Source: an uncultured bacterium
GTDB taxonomy: Bacteria; Deinococcota; Deinococci; Deinococcales; Trueperaceae
DNA: 64,000 bases
Assembly (NCBI GenBank): GCA_964392895.1
Contig: CAYMRL010000002.1
Location: forward strand, 436,295 to 500,294
Direction: 5' to 3'
Below, piece after piece: positions 11,002-21,803 of this stretch (position 1 is the stretch's first letter; the number at the start of each line of letters is the position of its first letter). The notes beneath the pieces were generated by a model. It had not been told where the DNA came from. It did not search any database and saw only the letters and a program-made list of their open reading frames with translations. The translations under genes and the position numbers were made by a program.

Positions 11002-11793
11002 GTGGGAATCATAGGTGCCAAGCTCGATGACGGGCTGCAGGTCATCCGCGAGCTCGAGCGCGGAGTTTCGTCGCGCGTCTACCTCGCCAGCGACGGCAAG
11101 CGGCTCAAGGCGCTCAAGCTGTTCCGCCCCGAGAACTTAAGACGCGCCCAACGCGAGCTGCTCTTCGGCAAGGGCTTGGAGCACCCGCACCTCAACCCGG
11201 TCGAGAGAGACCTGACGCTCGACGGCAACCCCGGCGTGCTGATGCCGCTCGCTCCCGGCAAGCGCCTGGCCGCTTGGAGCGAGGGGAGGTCGACGGCCGA
11301 GGTCATCGACTCCCTGGTCGGCGTGGCTGACGCGGTCGCCTACCTGCACGAGCGCGGCATCGTTCACCGCGACGTCAAACCGGAGAACATCCTCGTCGAC
11401 GAAAGGGCCAACGCCCGCCTGCTCGACTTCGACCTGGCGGCTTGCGTCGGCGACAAGGCCGACGCGGCGCTGGCTGGCACGATCGCCTACCTGAGTCCCG
11501 AGGTCGCGCAGGGCGGTGTGCCTGCCTTCGCCAACGACCTCTACTCGCTGGGAGCTCTGCTGTACCAGACCCTGACCGGCCAGGTGCCGTTCACGGGCTC
11601 GGCGGCCGAGGTGATGACGGCTCACGGCACCGAGACCCCGCAGCCGCCGTCGGAGTTCGATGCGCGGCTCGCCTCGTACGATCCACTCGTCATGAGCCTG
11701 TTGTCGAAGGACCCCGACGCGCGGCCGCCCGCTGCCGTCGTTGCCAAGACGCTCGAGCGACTGGCTCTGGCCTCTCGCGCCGGCCGCGTATGA
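11002..11793 (+). CDS. Minimal Ser/Thr protein kinase (kinase domain only)
   Basis: HRDVKPENILV catalytic loop, DFD(LA) and TIAYLSPE activation segment, and an invariant Lys (ALKLF). GTG start at 11002. No transmembrane or sensor domains. Confidence 0.7.
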   Translation: MGIIGAKLDDGLQVIRELERGVSSRVYLASDGKRLKALKLFRPENLRRAQRELLFGKGLEHPHLNPVERDLTLDGNPGVLMPLAPGKRLAAWSEGRSTAEVIDSLVGVADAVAYLHERGIVHRDVKPENILVDERANARLLDFDLAACVGDKADAALAGTIAYLSPEVAQGGVPAFANDLYSLGALLYQTLTGQVPFTGSAAEVMTAHGTETPQPPSEFDARLASYDPLVMSLLSKDPDARPPAAVVAKTLERLALASRAGRV

Positions 11794-11800
11794 TTGACGT

Positions 11801-13993
11801 GTGACCGACAGGTTGGCTCTCCTGGCGATGGCGGTCCTGACGCTCATCGCCGTTGCGGTGGCTCCGTGGGCCGCTTACAACCGCGAGACAGGCGCGCGCA
11901 GCGCTGTCCTGCTTCTGCCAGAAAGGCACTTCGACTTCACGGGCCGCACTCCGCCCGTCGACGTTCCCGGCTCCGGCGTCGTGTTGCTGCTGACGCTGCT
12001 GGGCGCCGCAGGCATCGGTGCGGCCGCCGCGGCGCCGGAACGTACCCGCAGGGTCGTGTGGCTGGGCTTCGGCGCGCTTCTCGTCGGCGTCACCGCTTGG
12101 GGGTACTCCAGCTTCAACGCTGCCGTCGGTGACGCGCGCATCGGCGCGTTCGAGAACGAGGTGACGGCTGCCATCGCCGCCGCGAGGCCCAACATCGACG
12201 TCGAGCGGCTGCAGGAGGCCCTAGCCGGCGCGCGCGAATCGACGCTCGACGAGAACATCGCCGCCGCCCGCACCGCCGGTCTGGTGATCAGGCGTCTGCC
12301 GTACACGAACTCCGGTTTCGGACCGACGGCGTTCTTCGCTGTCGTCACCGGCCTGCTGGCGCTGCTGTTCGGCGCCAAGGTCTGGCCGCGCGCGGCGCGC
12401 GCGATCGACGGCACGGTGAAAGCGGCCGCGGTGCCGGCCATCTCGATCGTCCTGGCGCTGCTGGCGGCGGCGGTCGTGATCCTCGCGCTGCAGCCGACCC
12501 CCCTGGGGTCCAACATCGACATGTCCTCGTTCTTCACCAGGCTGGTCGGGCGCATCGACACGCTGTGGCACGCGTACTACACGATGTTCCACGACTCGCT
12601 CGGCACGGTGAACGGCTTCGCGGAGTCGCTGAAGATCGCGACGCCGCTGATCTTCACCGGCCTCGCCGTGGGGTTCAGCTTCCAGGCCGGGCTGTTCAAC
12701 ATCGGCGCGCCGGGGCAGATGGTGATCGGCTCCATCTTCGCGATGCTCGCGGCTCTCTACATCCCAGGACCGAAGGCAGTCGTCTTGCCGCTCGCCATCC
12801 TCTCGGCCGCGCTCGGCGGCGCTCTGTGGGGTGGGCTCGCTGGTTGGCTCAAGGCTCGGTTCGGCGCCAACGAGGTGATCAACACCATCCTGCTCAACTT
12901 CGTGGCGGCGTCGGTCCTGCTGTTCATCCTGTCCGCCGGCAACGTGTTCGCGGCCGCCGCCGTGCGGATCATCGTCGTGCTCGTCGCCGGCGCCGTGGCT
13001 GCCTTGGTGCTGATGCTGATTCCTGCGGTCCGGCGCGCGGTCGGGCGCGCTCCTCGGGCCGTGTTCGCCGGCTTCGCCGTCTTGCTCCTCTCCGGCTGCG
13101 TGGTGGCCGGGCTGCCGCGCGCCGGGGACGCGCCCGTCACGCTGCGCATGCCGTTCAAGGTGCCTGGCAACGAACCGAAGTCTCGTGAGCTGAACGTACA
13201 GGCGCGGCTGCCGCAGCTGCCGGCGATCGTCGGCATCGACCTGCGCGCGAACCCCGGCGTAAACGTCGTGCGCATCGACTACGCCAAGATCCTCGCCCCG
13301 TTGGCGGCCCTCGCGGCTCTCGCGCTGCTGGGGCGCTGGCGCGCCTTCCGCGCCTGGCCCATGCGGCTCGTCGGCGCTGTCGGCGTCGGGGTCGTCGTGT
13401 ACCTGCTAGGGATGCTGTTCCAGCTCACGGCCGTTCCGACGGCGATACCGCCTACCAAGCTGAACCTGTCGTTCCTGCTGGCGTTGGCGGCGGCGGTGCT
13501 CGTCTATGTGCTGCTGTTCCGCACCCGCTGGGGTTACGAGCTGCGGGCGGTCGGCCTCGCGCCGCGGGCGGCCGAGTACGGCGGCGCCAACATCGCGCGC
13601 AACACGCTCATGGCCATGGCGATAAGCGGCGGGCTCGCCGGGCTCACCGCCACCCACTACGTGCTCGGCGGCGCGCTCGAGGACTACGCGCTGCGCCAGT
13701 CGATACCGACGAGCGACGGGTTCGACGGCATAGCGGTCACGCTCCTCGCCGCCAACAACCCGTTCGGTACCGTCCTGGCCGCGTTCCTGTTCGGCGTGCT
13801 CAAGTACGGCGGGTCGGTGCTGAACATCACCTTCCCCGACCTGACCCGTGACGTCGTGAGCATGATCCTCGCCCTCGTCGTCTTGTTCATCGCCGCTCGA
13901 GGGTTCATGCGCTTCCGCGCCGCGACCGCGCCGGCCAAGCCCGCGGCCGATGACGCCAAGGAAGCCGCCAAGCCGGCGACGGGGGAGATCTGA
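11801..13993 (+). CDS. ABC transporter permease, BMP/nucleoside family (YufP-like), with a ~250-aa N-terminal membrane extension and an internal insertion
   Basis: The core KIATPLIFTGLAVGFSFQAGLFNIGAPGQMVIG matches YufP-type permeases. The N-terminal 250 aa are hydrophobic and Ala-rich with no match to known families. Confidence 0.6.
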   Translation: MTDRLALLAMAVLTLIAVAVAPWAAYNRETGARSAVLLLPERHFDFTGRTPPVDVPGSGVVLLLTLLGAAGIGAAAAAPERTRRVVWLGFGALLVGVTAWGYSSFNAAVGDARIGAFENEVTAAIAAARPNIDVERLQEALAGARESTLDENIAAARTAGLVIRRLPYTNSGFGPTAFFAVVTGLLALLFGAKVWPRAARAIDGTVKAAAVPAISIVLALLAAAVVILALQPTPLGSNIDMSSFFTRLVGRIDTLWHAYYTMFHDSLGTVNGFAESLKIATPLIFTGLAVGFSFQAGLFNIGAPGQMVIGSIFAMLAALYIPGPKAVVLPLAILSAALGGALWGGLAGWLKARFGANEVINTILLNFVAASVLLFILSAGNVFAAAAVRIIVVLVAGAVAALVLMLIPAVRRAVGRAPRAVFAGFAVLLLSGCVVAGLPRAGDAPVTLRMPFKVPGNEPKSRELNVQARLPQLPAIVGIDLRANPGVNVVRIDYAKILAPLAALAALALLGRWRAFRAWPMRLVGAVGVGVVVYLLGMLFQLTAVPTAIPPTKLNLSFLLALAAAVLVYVLLFRTRWGYELRAVGLAPRAAEYGGANIARNTLMAMAISGGLAGLTATHYVLGGALEDYALRQSIPTSDGFDGIAVTLLAANNPFGTVLAAFLFGVLKYGGSVLNITFPDLTRDVVSMILALVVLFIAARGFMRFRAATAPAKPAADDAKEAAKPATGEI

Positions 13994-14932
13994 ATGGATC
14001 AGGTGATCCTCCTCGCTCTCGCCTCCTCGATGATCCGCGCCACGACGCCGCTGCTGTTCGCGGCGCTCGGCGGCCTGTTCAGCGAGCGCTCAGGCGTCGT
14101 CAACATCGCGCTCGAAGGCATCATCCTGTTCGGCGCGCTGGCGGCTGCCGTCACCACGCAGCTGATCGAGGCGCCGTTCTTGCGCGATAACCCGGTCGCG
14201 GTGGTCTGGTTCGCGCCCTGGCTCGGCGTGCTCGCCGGGGCGCTGATGGGCGGCCTGGTCGGCTGGATCCACGCCGTCGTCTCGATCCGTTACCGCGCCG
14301 ACCAGATCATCTCGGGCACCGCCATCAACCTGATGGCCGTCGGCATCCCGGCCGTGGTGCTGTACGGGCTCTACGGCAACACGTCAACCTCCGCGACGAT
14401 ACGCAACCGCCTGCCGACGTGGCAGCTCTTCGGCATCGACGGCTTGGCCTTCTCTCCGCTCGTCTACCTAGCGTTCCTGTTGGTGCCGGTGGTGTGGTTC
14501 GTCGTGTTCCGCACGCCGTTCGGGTTGCGGCTGCGCGCGGTCGGCGAGCATCCCGAGGCTGCCGACTCCCTCGGCGTCAACGTCTTCCGCATGCGCTACG
14601 CGGGCGTGATCATCTCGGGCATGTTGGCCGGGCTGGGCGGCGCCTACCTGTCGATCGGCAACCTCAACCAGTTCATCGCCGAGATGTCGGGCGGCCGCGG
14701 CTTCATCGCCCTGGCGGCGCTGATCTTCGGCAAGTGGCACCCGCTCGGCGTGCTGGGCGCGACGCTGCTGTTCGGCGCGTTCCAGGCCACCGAGGTGTTG
14801 CTCGGCGGCGGACAGCTCGTGCCTCCGACGGTCGTGCAGAGCCTGCCGTACGTGCTGACGATGATGGTGCTGGCCGGCTTCGTCGGCAGATCGATCGCGC
14901 CCAAGGCCACCGGTAAGCCGTTCGTCAAATGA
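13994..14932 (+). CDS. ABC transporter permease, BMP/nucleoside family (YufQ-like)
   Basis: TPLLFAALGGLFSERSGVVNIALEGIILFGALAA is YufQ-like. Its start overlaps the previous stop (ATGA). Confidence 0.7.
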   Translation: MDQVILLALASSMIRATTPLLFAALGGLFSERSGVVNIALEGIILFGALAAAVTTQLIEAPFLRDNPVAVVWFAPWLGVLAGALMGGLVGWIHAVVSIRYRADQIISGTAINLMAVGIPAVVLYGLYGNTSTSATIRNRLPTWQLFGIDGLAFSPLVYLAFLLVPVVWFVVFRTPFGLRLRAVGEHPEAADSLGVNVFRMRYAGVIISGMLAGLGGAYLSIGNLNQFIAEMSGGRGFIALAALIFGKWHPLGVLGATLLFGAFQATEVLLGGGQLVPPTVVQSLPYVLTMMVLAGFVGRSIAPKATGKPFVK

Positions 14933-16476
14933 CGCGGAGTTCCGTCTCAGATCGTCGCGCCGGCATCTTGCTGCACCCGACCAGCCTCCCGGGCCCCAAC
15001 GGCATCGGTGAGATCGGCGCCGAGGCGCGGGCCTGGGTCGACTTCCTCGCGTCGGCCGGGATGCGGCTGTGGCAGGTTATGCCGCTCGGTCCGACCGGCT
15101 ACGGCGACAGCCCCTACCAGTGCTTCAGCTCGTTCGCCGGCAACCCGTACCTCATCGCCCTCGACGAGCTGGTCGAGGCGGGCTGGCTCGAGACGGCCGA
15201 GCTGACGCCGCTGCGACTGCTGCCCGCCGGCGCCGTCGACTTCGGAGCGGTGATCCCTGTCAAGCTCGACCTGCTGACGCGCGCCGCCGAGCGGTTCGCG
15301 ACCGGCGCCTCGGCCGAGCAGCGCGCCGCGCTCGCGGCGTTCCGCGCCGAGCACGCCGCGTGGCTCGACGACTTCGCCCTGTTCATGGCGCTGAAGGGCT
15401 CCCACGGCGGCAGGGCGTGGGGCGAGTGGCCGGCGCCACAGCGCGACAGGCACCCACCGGCTTTGGCCGCGGCACGGAGCGACCTGGCCGCTGACATAGA
15501 CAGGTTCGCGCTGTGGCAGTTCTGGTTCTTCGAGCAGTGGGGCGCCCTGAAGGCGTACGCCAACGCCAAGGGCGTGAACGTCGTCGGGGACGTGCCGATC
15601 TTCGTCTCGCTCGACTCCGCCGACGCCTGGGCCAACCGTGAGCTGTTCTTCTTGGATGGCGAGGGCCAGCCCACCGTCATCGCCGGCGTGCCGCCCGACT
15701 ACTTCTCCGCGACCGGTCAGCGCTGGGGCAACCCGCTCTACCGCTGGGACGTGTTGGCGCAGCGGGGCTACGACTGGTGGATCTCAAGGGTGCGCGCGGC
15801 TCTGCGGCTCGTCGACCTGCTGCGCATCGATCACTTCCGTGGGTTCGCCGCCTACTGGGAGATACCGTCCAGCGAACCCACCGCCGTCAAGGGGCGCTGG
15901 GTCGACGGTCCCGGTCAGGCGCTGTTCGACGCCTTGCGCGCCGCGCTCGGCGAGCTGCCGCTCATCGCCGAGGACCTGGGCGTGATCACGCCTGACGTCG
16001 AGGAGCTGCGCGACGCCAACGGCCTGCCGGGCATGAAGGTGCTGCAGTTCGCGTTCGCAGGCGGCTCCGACGATCCGTACCTGCCGCACAACTACCCGCA
16101 TAACTCCGTCGTCTACACCGGTACCCACGACAACGAGACGACGCGCGGCTGGTACGCCACCGCGCCGGAGCGCGAGCGCGACTTCGTGCGCCGCTACCTC
16201 GCCAGGGGTGACGAGCGCGTCTCCTGGGACATGATCAGGCTCGCCCTCGCCTCCACCGCCGACCTCGCCATCGTGCCGCTGCAAGACGTGCTCGACCTGG
16301 GACCGGAGGCGCGGATGAACACGCCCGGCGTGCCGGCCGGTAACTGGTCGTGGCGCTTCAGGTGGCACGAGGTGCCGCACTGGGTCGCGCCTGAGCTCGC
16401 CAAGCTGGCCGACATCTATGGGCGGCTGCCGTCCGCCGGGCCGGTCGACACGGCCTACAGGCAGTCGACCACCTGA
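14929..16476 (+). CDS. malQ: 4-alpha-glucanotransferase (amylomaltase)
   Basis: RRAGILLHPTSLPGPNGIGEIG...WQVMPLGPTGYGDSPYQCFSSFAGNPYLI is the GH77 signature. Confidence 0.9.
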   Translation: MTRSSVSDRRAGILLHPTSLPGPNGIGEIGAEARAWVDFLASAGMRLWQVMPLGPTGYGDSPYQCFSSFAGNPYLIALDELVEAGWLETAELTPLRLLPAGAVDFGAVIPVKLDLLTRAAERFATGASAEQRAALAAFRAEHAAWLDDFALFMALKGSHGGRAWGEWPAPQRDRHPPALAAARSDLAADIDRFALWQFWFFEQWGALKAYANAKGVNVVGDVPIFVSLDSADAWANRELFFLDGEGQPTVIAGVPPDYFSATGQRWGNPLYRWDVLAQRGYDWWISRVRAALRLVDLLRIDHFRGFAAYWEIPSSEPTAVKGRWVDGPGQALFDALRAALGELPLIAEDLGVITPDVEELRDANGLPGMKVLQFAFAGGSDDPYLPHNYPHNSVVYTGTHDNETTRGWYATAPERERDFVRRYLARGDERVSWDMIRLALASTADLAIVPLQDVLDLGPEARMNTPGVPAGNWSWRFRWHEVPHWVAPELAKLADIYGRLPSAGPVDTAYRQSTT

Positions 16477-16551
16477 GGTTCGCTACCCCTTGACCGCCCC
16501 AAGCGAACCAGCCGGCGCATGCGCCGAAGGCTAGTCGTCTATCTGGGTCCG

Positions 16552-17394
16552 CTACCCCTTGACAGCTCCTGCGGTCAGCCCGGCGATGAACTGCCGCGAC
16601 ATAAGCAGGTAGATGACCAGCAGCGGCAGGCTGGCGAGCAGCATCCCCGAGAACACCAGGCTCCAGTCGATCAGGTGCTGACCGAAGAAGATCTGCATGC
16701 CGAGCGGGATGGTCCGCCAGGTCGGGCTGGGCAGGAACAGCAGTGGGAAGAAGAAGTCGTTCCACCACGGCACGACGTTGACGATGACCACGGTCGCCAG
16801 TCCCGGCCGCACCAGCGGCAGCATGATGCGCCAGAAGGTCTGCTGCTCGGTGCAGCCGTCGATGCGGGCGGCGTCCTCGAGCTCGCGCGGCAGGTTGCGG
16901 AAGAAGACGCTGAGCAAGAAGACCGACATCGGCATGCCAGAGGCAGTGTAGGTGAGGATCAGGGCGAACGGCGTGTCGATGAGCCCGAGGTCGCGCATCA
17001 GGATGTAGAGCGGCAGGATGCCGAGGCGGATCGGGATCATGATGCCCGCGAGGAAGAACAGGAACAGCACGCCTCTGAGCCTGAACGAGTAGCGCGCCAG
17101 CGCGTAGGCGGCGGGAGCCGCGGTGAGCAGCAGCAGCAGCGCTGAAGCGCTGGTTATCAGCAGGCTGTTACGCAGGTAGACGCCGAAGTTGGCTCTCGCC
17201 CACACGGCTTTGAAGCCGGCCACGCTCCACTCCTCTGGCAGGCCGAGCGGGTTGCGGAAGATCTCGGGCGTCGTCTTGAAGGCGGTCAGGACCATCAGCA
17301 CGACCGGGTAGAGGAAGATCGCGGCCAGCGCCGTCAGGGCGAGGTAGATGAGGACCCTCGAAGCGGTGCGGTTGCCTGCTCCTGCAGTGGTCAT
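16552..17394 (-). CDS. Sugar ABC transporter permease (MalG-like)
   Basis: Six TM segments with the EAA-loop region (ELEDAARIDGCTEQQTFWRIMLP). Confidence 0.8.
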   Translation of the reverse strand: MTTAGAGNRTASRVLIYLALTALAAIFLYPVVLMVLTAFKTTPEIFRNPLGLPEEWSVAGFKAVWARANFGVYLRNSLLITSASALLLLLTAAPAAYALARYSFRLRGVLFLFFLAGIMIPIRLGILPLYILMRDLGLIDTPFALILTYTASGMPMSVFLLSVFFRNLPRELEDAARIDGCTEQQTFWRIMLPLVRPGLATVVIVNVVPWWNDFFFPLLFLPSPTWRTIPLGMQIFFGQHLIDWSLVFSGMLLASLPLLVIYLLMSRQFIAGLTAGAVKG

Positions 17395-18380
17395 CAGTAC
17401 TCCGTCTGGCTGCGCGTCGTGAAGCGCACGCCGAAGGCGGAGGCGATGCCGATGATCACCAGCATCAGCACCCCGATGGCCGCCGCGATGCCGATCTGGC
17501 CGGGCTCACCGCCGGTGGTGGGGTCGCCGAAAGCCGTGCGGTAGAAGAACGTCGCGAGCAGGTCGGTCGCGTAGCTCGGCGCGCCGGACGCTCCCTGCAT
17601 GACGAAGACCAGCTCGAAGGCGTTGAAGTTCCAGATGAAGGTGAGGATCGTGACCATCGCGATGCTCGGCAGCAGCAGCGGCAGCGTGACGAACCTGAAG
17701 GTCGACCAGGCGCCGGCGCCGTCGACGACGGCCGCCTCCTCGAACTCCTTGGGGATCGCCTGGATGGCGGCGAGGTAGACGAGGATCGGGAAGCCGAGCC
17801 AGGCCCAACCGTTGACCAGGATCACCGTGAACAGCGCCGTGTCGCTCTGACCGAGCCAGGGCTGGACCGACCCGCCGAGCCCGAGGCGCTTCATGGCTTG
17901 CGGGATGGCGCCCCAGGTCGGGTTGAGCATCATGCGCCACAGGAACCCGACGACGACGAGCGACAGCGTGTGCGGCAGGAAATAGGCGGCCTGGAAGAAC
18001 GCGAACGCCTTGAGCTTCTTGGCGAGAAGCACGGCGACGAAGAGGCCGATGGTCGTCTGGATGGCGAAGGTGATGACGAAGAAGAGAGCGTTGTGGCCGA
18101 GCGCGTTGAAGAAGCGCTCGTTGTACGGCCAGCGGGACAGGACGGTGACGAAGTTCTGGATCCCGTTGAAGGAGCGCCTGATGAAGCCGTCCCATTCGAA
18201 GACGCTGTAGGTCAGAGACGAGATCAGCGGGTACGCCATGAACGCGCCGTAGATGAGCAGCGCCGGCAGCAGGAAGATCAGCAGGTGGCCGTTCTGAGAC
18301 CACCACTTTCTGGTTCGGCTCACTTCGCCTCCCTCACGCCGCCGGCGCCTACTGCTGGCGCCGCTAGCGCTGTGCTCCAA
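17394..18380 (-). CDS. Sugar ABC transporter permease (MalF-like)
   Basis: EAA motif (FEEAAVVDGAGAWSTFRFVTLP). The true start may be internal; the first TM begins near LLIFLLPALLIYGAF. Confidence 0.75.
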   Translation of the reverse strand: MEHSASGASSRRRRREGGEVSRTRKWWSQNGHLLIFLLPALLIYGAFMAYPLISSLTYSVFEWDGFIRRSFNGIQNFVTVLSRWPYNERFFNALGHNALFFVITFAIQTTIGLFVAVLLAKKLKAFAFFQAAYFLPHTLSLVVVGFLWRMMLNPTWGAIPQAMKRLGLGGSVQPWLGQSDTALFTVILVNGWAWLGFPILVYLAAIQAIPKEFEEAAVVDGAGAWSTFRFVTLPLLLPSIAMVTILTFIWNFNAFELVFVMQGASGAPSYATDLLATFFYRTAFGDPTTGGEPGQIGIAAAIGVLMLVIIGIASAFGVRFTTRSQTEY

Positions 18381-18441
18381 GGCGGGCGCCCGGCTTTCGA
18401 CCGGGCGCCCACGTCACACGAACCTAACGAGTCCTACTGCC

Positions 18442-19674
18442 TTACTGGAAGTCGTACCACTCGGAGACGCCGCGCTGGATGTTGGCGACGGCCTCGGCGA
18501 CGCTCTTGTCGCCGGCCATGACCGCCTGCATCTCGTTCTGCAGCAGCGTCGAGCCGCTCGGCTGACCGAAGCGGAACGCGGTGAGCATCAGATAGGGGGT
18601 GCCGACGTCGTTCATGAGGTCGACGATGCCCGCGAGGGCTTCGCTGGTCGGCGTCACGCCCGGCACGGCCGAGATCTGGCGCAGCTCGTCGGAGAACATC
18701 TGGCCGTACTCCTGCGAGGCGAGGAACTCTATGAAGCGCAGCGCGGCAGCTTGGTTGGGGCTGGCGGCGTTGACACCGTAGGAGCCGTCGACGTAGTAGG
18801 AGACGCCGCCGCTGCCGGCGGTGGCGCCGGGGAGCGGGAAGGCGCCGACGCGCAGCGCCGGGTTGAGGTTGGCGAGGGTGCCGAGCTCGTAGGAGCCGCC
18901 GATCAGCATGCCGGCCTGTTCGAAGGCGAACAGCGACTGCATGTCGGGGTAGGAGACGCCCATGTAGTTCTCGGCGAGGTACGGCTGCATGGCGACCATC
19001 TGCTCGAGGGCGGCCGTGAAGCGCGCGTCGGTGAAGTCGGCGTTGCCTCCGGTGATGTCGTTGAAGAACGTTGTGCCGCCGTAGTAGGACGGGCCTACGC
19101 CGCCGAAGAGCGTTTCGAGGGTCCACGGCTCGAGCGCGCCGTTGGCGAGCGCGTTGACGCCGGAGGCCTTGATGGCGTCGCCGACGGCCTGGAACTCGGC
19201 CCAGGTGGTCGGGACGCTGAGGCCGAGGCGCTCGAACATGCCGACGTTGTAGAGGACCTGCACGGTCTGGAGAGCGAACGGCACGCCGTAGACGCCGCCG
19301 TCGGCGCGGTTGGTCGCGCCGAGCAGGATGCCGGGGTCGAAGCCGGCGAGGGCGGGCACCTTGTCGTCGAGTCGGACGATCAGGCCGGCCTGAGCGAGGG
19401 GCTCCATGCCGCCGTAGGCGCGCAGGTGCACGATGTCAGGGCCGCCGCCGCCCTGCAGGGCCGTGGCGAGGATGGTGTTGTACTCGGTGTTGAGGTACGG
19501 GGTGAAGGTGACGTTGATGTCGGGGTTCTGGGCGTGGAACGCGGCGATGAACTTCTCGTAGGCGGCCACGTCCTCGGTGCGCCAGCTCCAGAACGTCAGG
19601 TTGGTCTGCGCCACCGCGCTGGCGGCGAACGCCAGGGCGAGGGCGAGAGCGAATGAACGGAACAGCTTCGTCAT
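18442..19674 (-). CDS. Sugar ABC transporter substrate-binding protein (probable maltodextrin system, convergent with malQ)
   Basis: Start placed at MTKLFRSFALALALAFAASAVAQ, the signal peptide (ATG at 19674). Family 1 solute-binding-protein fold features. Confidence 0.8.
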   Translation of the reverse strand: MTKLFRSFALALALAFAASAVAQTNLTFWSWRTEDVAAYEKFIAAFHAQNPDINVTFTPYLNTEYNTILATALQGGGGPDIVHLRAYGGMEPLAQAGLIVRLDDKVPALAGFDPGILLGATNRADGGVYGVPFALQTVQVLYNVGMFERLGLSVPTTWAEFQAVGDAIKASGVNALANGALEPWTLETLFGGVGPSYYGGTTFFNDITGGNADFTDARFTAALEQMVAMQPYLAENYMGVSYPDMQSLFAFEQAGMLIGGSYELGTLANLNPALRVGAFPLPGATAGSGGVSYYVDGSYGVNAASPNQAAALRFIEFLASQEYGQMFSDELRQISAVPGVTPTSEALAGIVDLMNDVGTPYLMLTAFRFGQPSGSTLLQNEMQAVMAGDKSVAEAVANIQRGVSEWYDFQ

Positions 19675-19790
19675 ACTAGCCTCCCATTTCGGTCCATGCG
19701 GCTCTCGCCGCCAGACCTGCAACCGTGGTACCTGCTTGCGTGCATACCAATCATATACCACTTTGGCGATCGTGGGAAGGCTGGCTGAGG

Positions 19791-21013
19791 CTAGGTCCTG
19801 AAGATCACGTTCTCCCGCTTGAAGTTGCGCAGCGCGAACACGAGGAAGATCACGACCAGCGCGAGCATGGAGAGCCACGTCGTCGCGACGGCGCCGGCGG
19901 TGGCGTTGCCCCTGATCGTCTCGTCCATCAGCACCAGCACGTTGACGACGGGGATGCGGTAGATGACGTCACCCGCGCCGATCAGGTCTCTGAACTGCAG
20001 GAACAGGATCGGGAGGATGAACACGAACGACAACGGCGCGACGTAGCTCTGCGCCTCCTTGAACGAGCGGGCGAACATCGTTATCGCCAGCAGCAGGGCC
20101 GCGACCGCCGCAGCCAACAGCACCGCGCTGATCGTCAGCATGCCGAGCGTGGCCAGGTTCACCGAGACGGTGCCGCCCATGACCTGCACCATCGCCTCGG
20201 CCTCCTCGCCGAGGCGCGGCATGAACACGCCGCGCATCAAGAGGCCACCGACCAGGTAGCCGACGATCGCCATGACCGCCGCCGAGAGCCCGAAGGTCAG
20301 GGTGGCGAGGAACTTACCGATCACCGCTTCGATGCGGCGGATCGGTGTCACGAGCAGCACCTCCATGGTGCCGCGCTCCTTCTCGCCCGCCGTGGCGTCG
20401 ATGGCGGTCATCTGCCCGCCGGTCAGCGTCCAGATCGCGATGAAGAACGGGATCATCCACGAGAGCTGCCCGCCGGCGCGCTCGGCGGCGCTGCTGGCGT
20501 CTACCACCTGCACCGACACCGGCGTGAGCACGCTCGGGTCGAGCCCGGCGGCGCTGAGCCGCTGCGCCACCACCTGCTGCTGGAACGCGGCGACAGCCTG
20601 CTGCACCTTGCCGGAGTTCAGCTCGCTGCGCATGTTGCCGACCTTGGTCGCGAGCTCGATCGAGCTCGCTCCGCCGGCGGCCAGGGTGGCCGCGAAGTCG
20701 TCGGGCACGGTGATGGCCGCGACGACGGTATCGGCCTGCACGGCCGCTACCGGGTCGGCGACCTCGACGAGCGCGACGTTCTGCGCCTCGAGCATCGCGC
20801 GCAACTCGGCCGGCACGTTGGCGAGACCCACGACGCCGATCTCGGTCACGGTCTCCGCCTCGCGCTCGAACAGGCCGCCGAGCAGCAGCGGCATCCCCAG
20901 CATCATCAGCGGCAGCATCAGGAGGGGGATCAGCAGGTTCGATACGATCGCGCGCCTGTCGCGCAAGGTCGAGACGATCTCCTTCTTGGCTACCAGCCAC
21001 ACCTTGTCAGGTC

Positions 21014-21017
<4 letters not shown>
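19791..21017 (-). CDS. ABC-2 type exporter permease (NatB-like)
   Basis: 408 aa, N-terminal TM followed by a large extracytoplasmic domain and a C-terminal 5-TM bundle. Its start overlaps the ATPase stop by 4 nt. Confidence 0.7.
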
Positions 21018-21760
<743 letters not shown>

Positions 21761-21803
21761 TCAGAAACCTCGCTGTCATCGTACCAAGGGCTATCATCGT
21801 TCC

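Noticed and set aside
16478-16560. CGCTACCCCTT appears here twice and again at 21027, with a GGCGCATGCGCC palindrome between the first two. Considered as a repeat element.
   Set aside because: Two of the three copies are simply the last codons of the malG-like and natA-like genes (…AVKG / …GVAA). Only the malQ-downstream copy is intergenic, where it forms an ordinary stem-loop.
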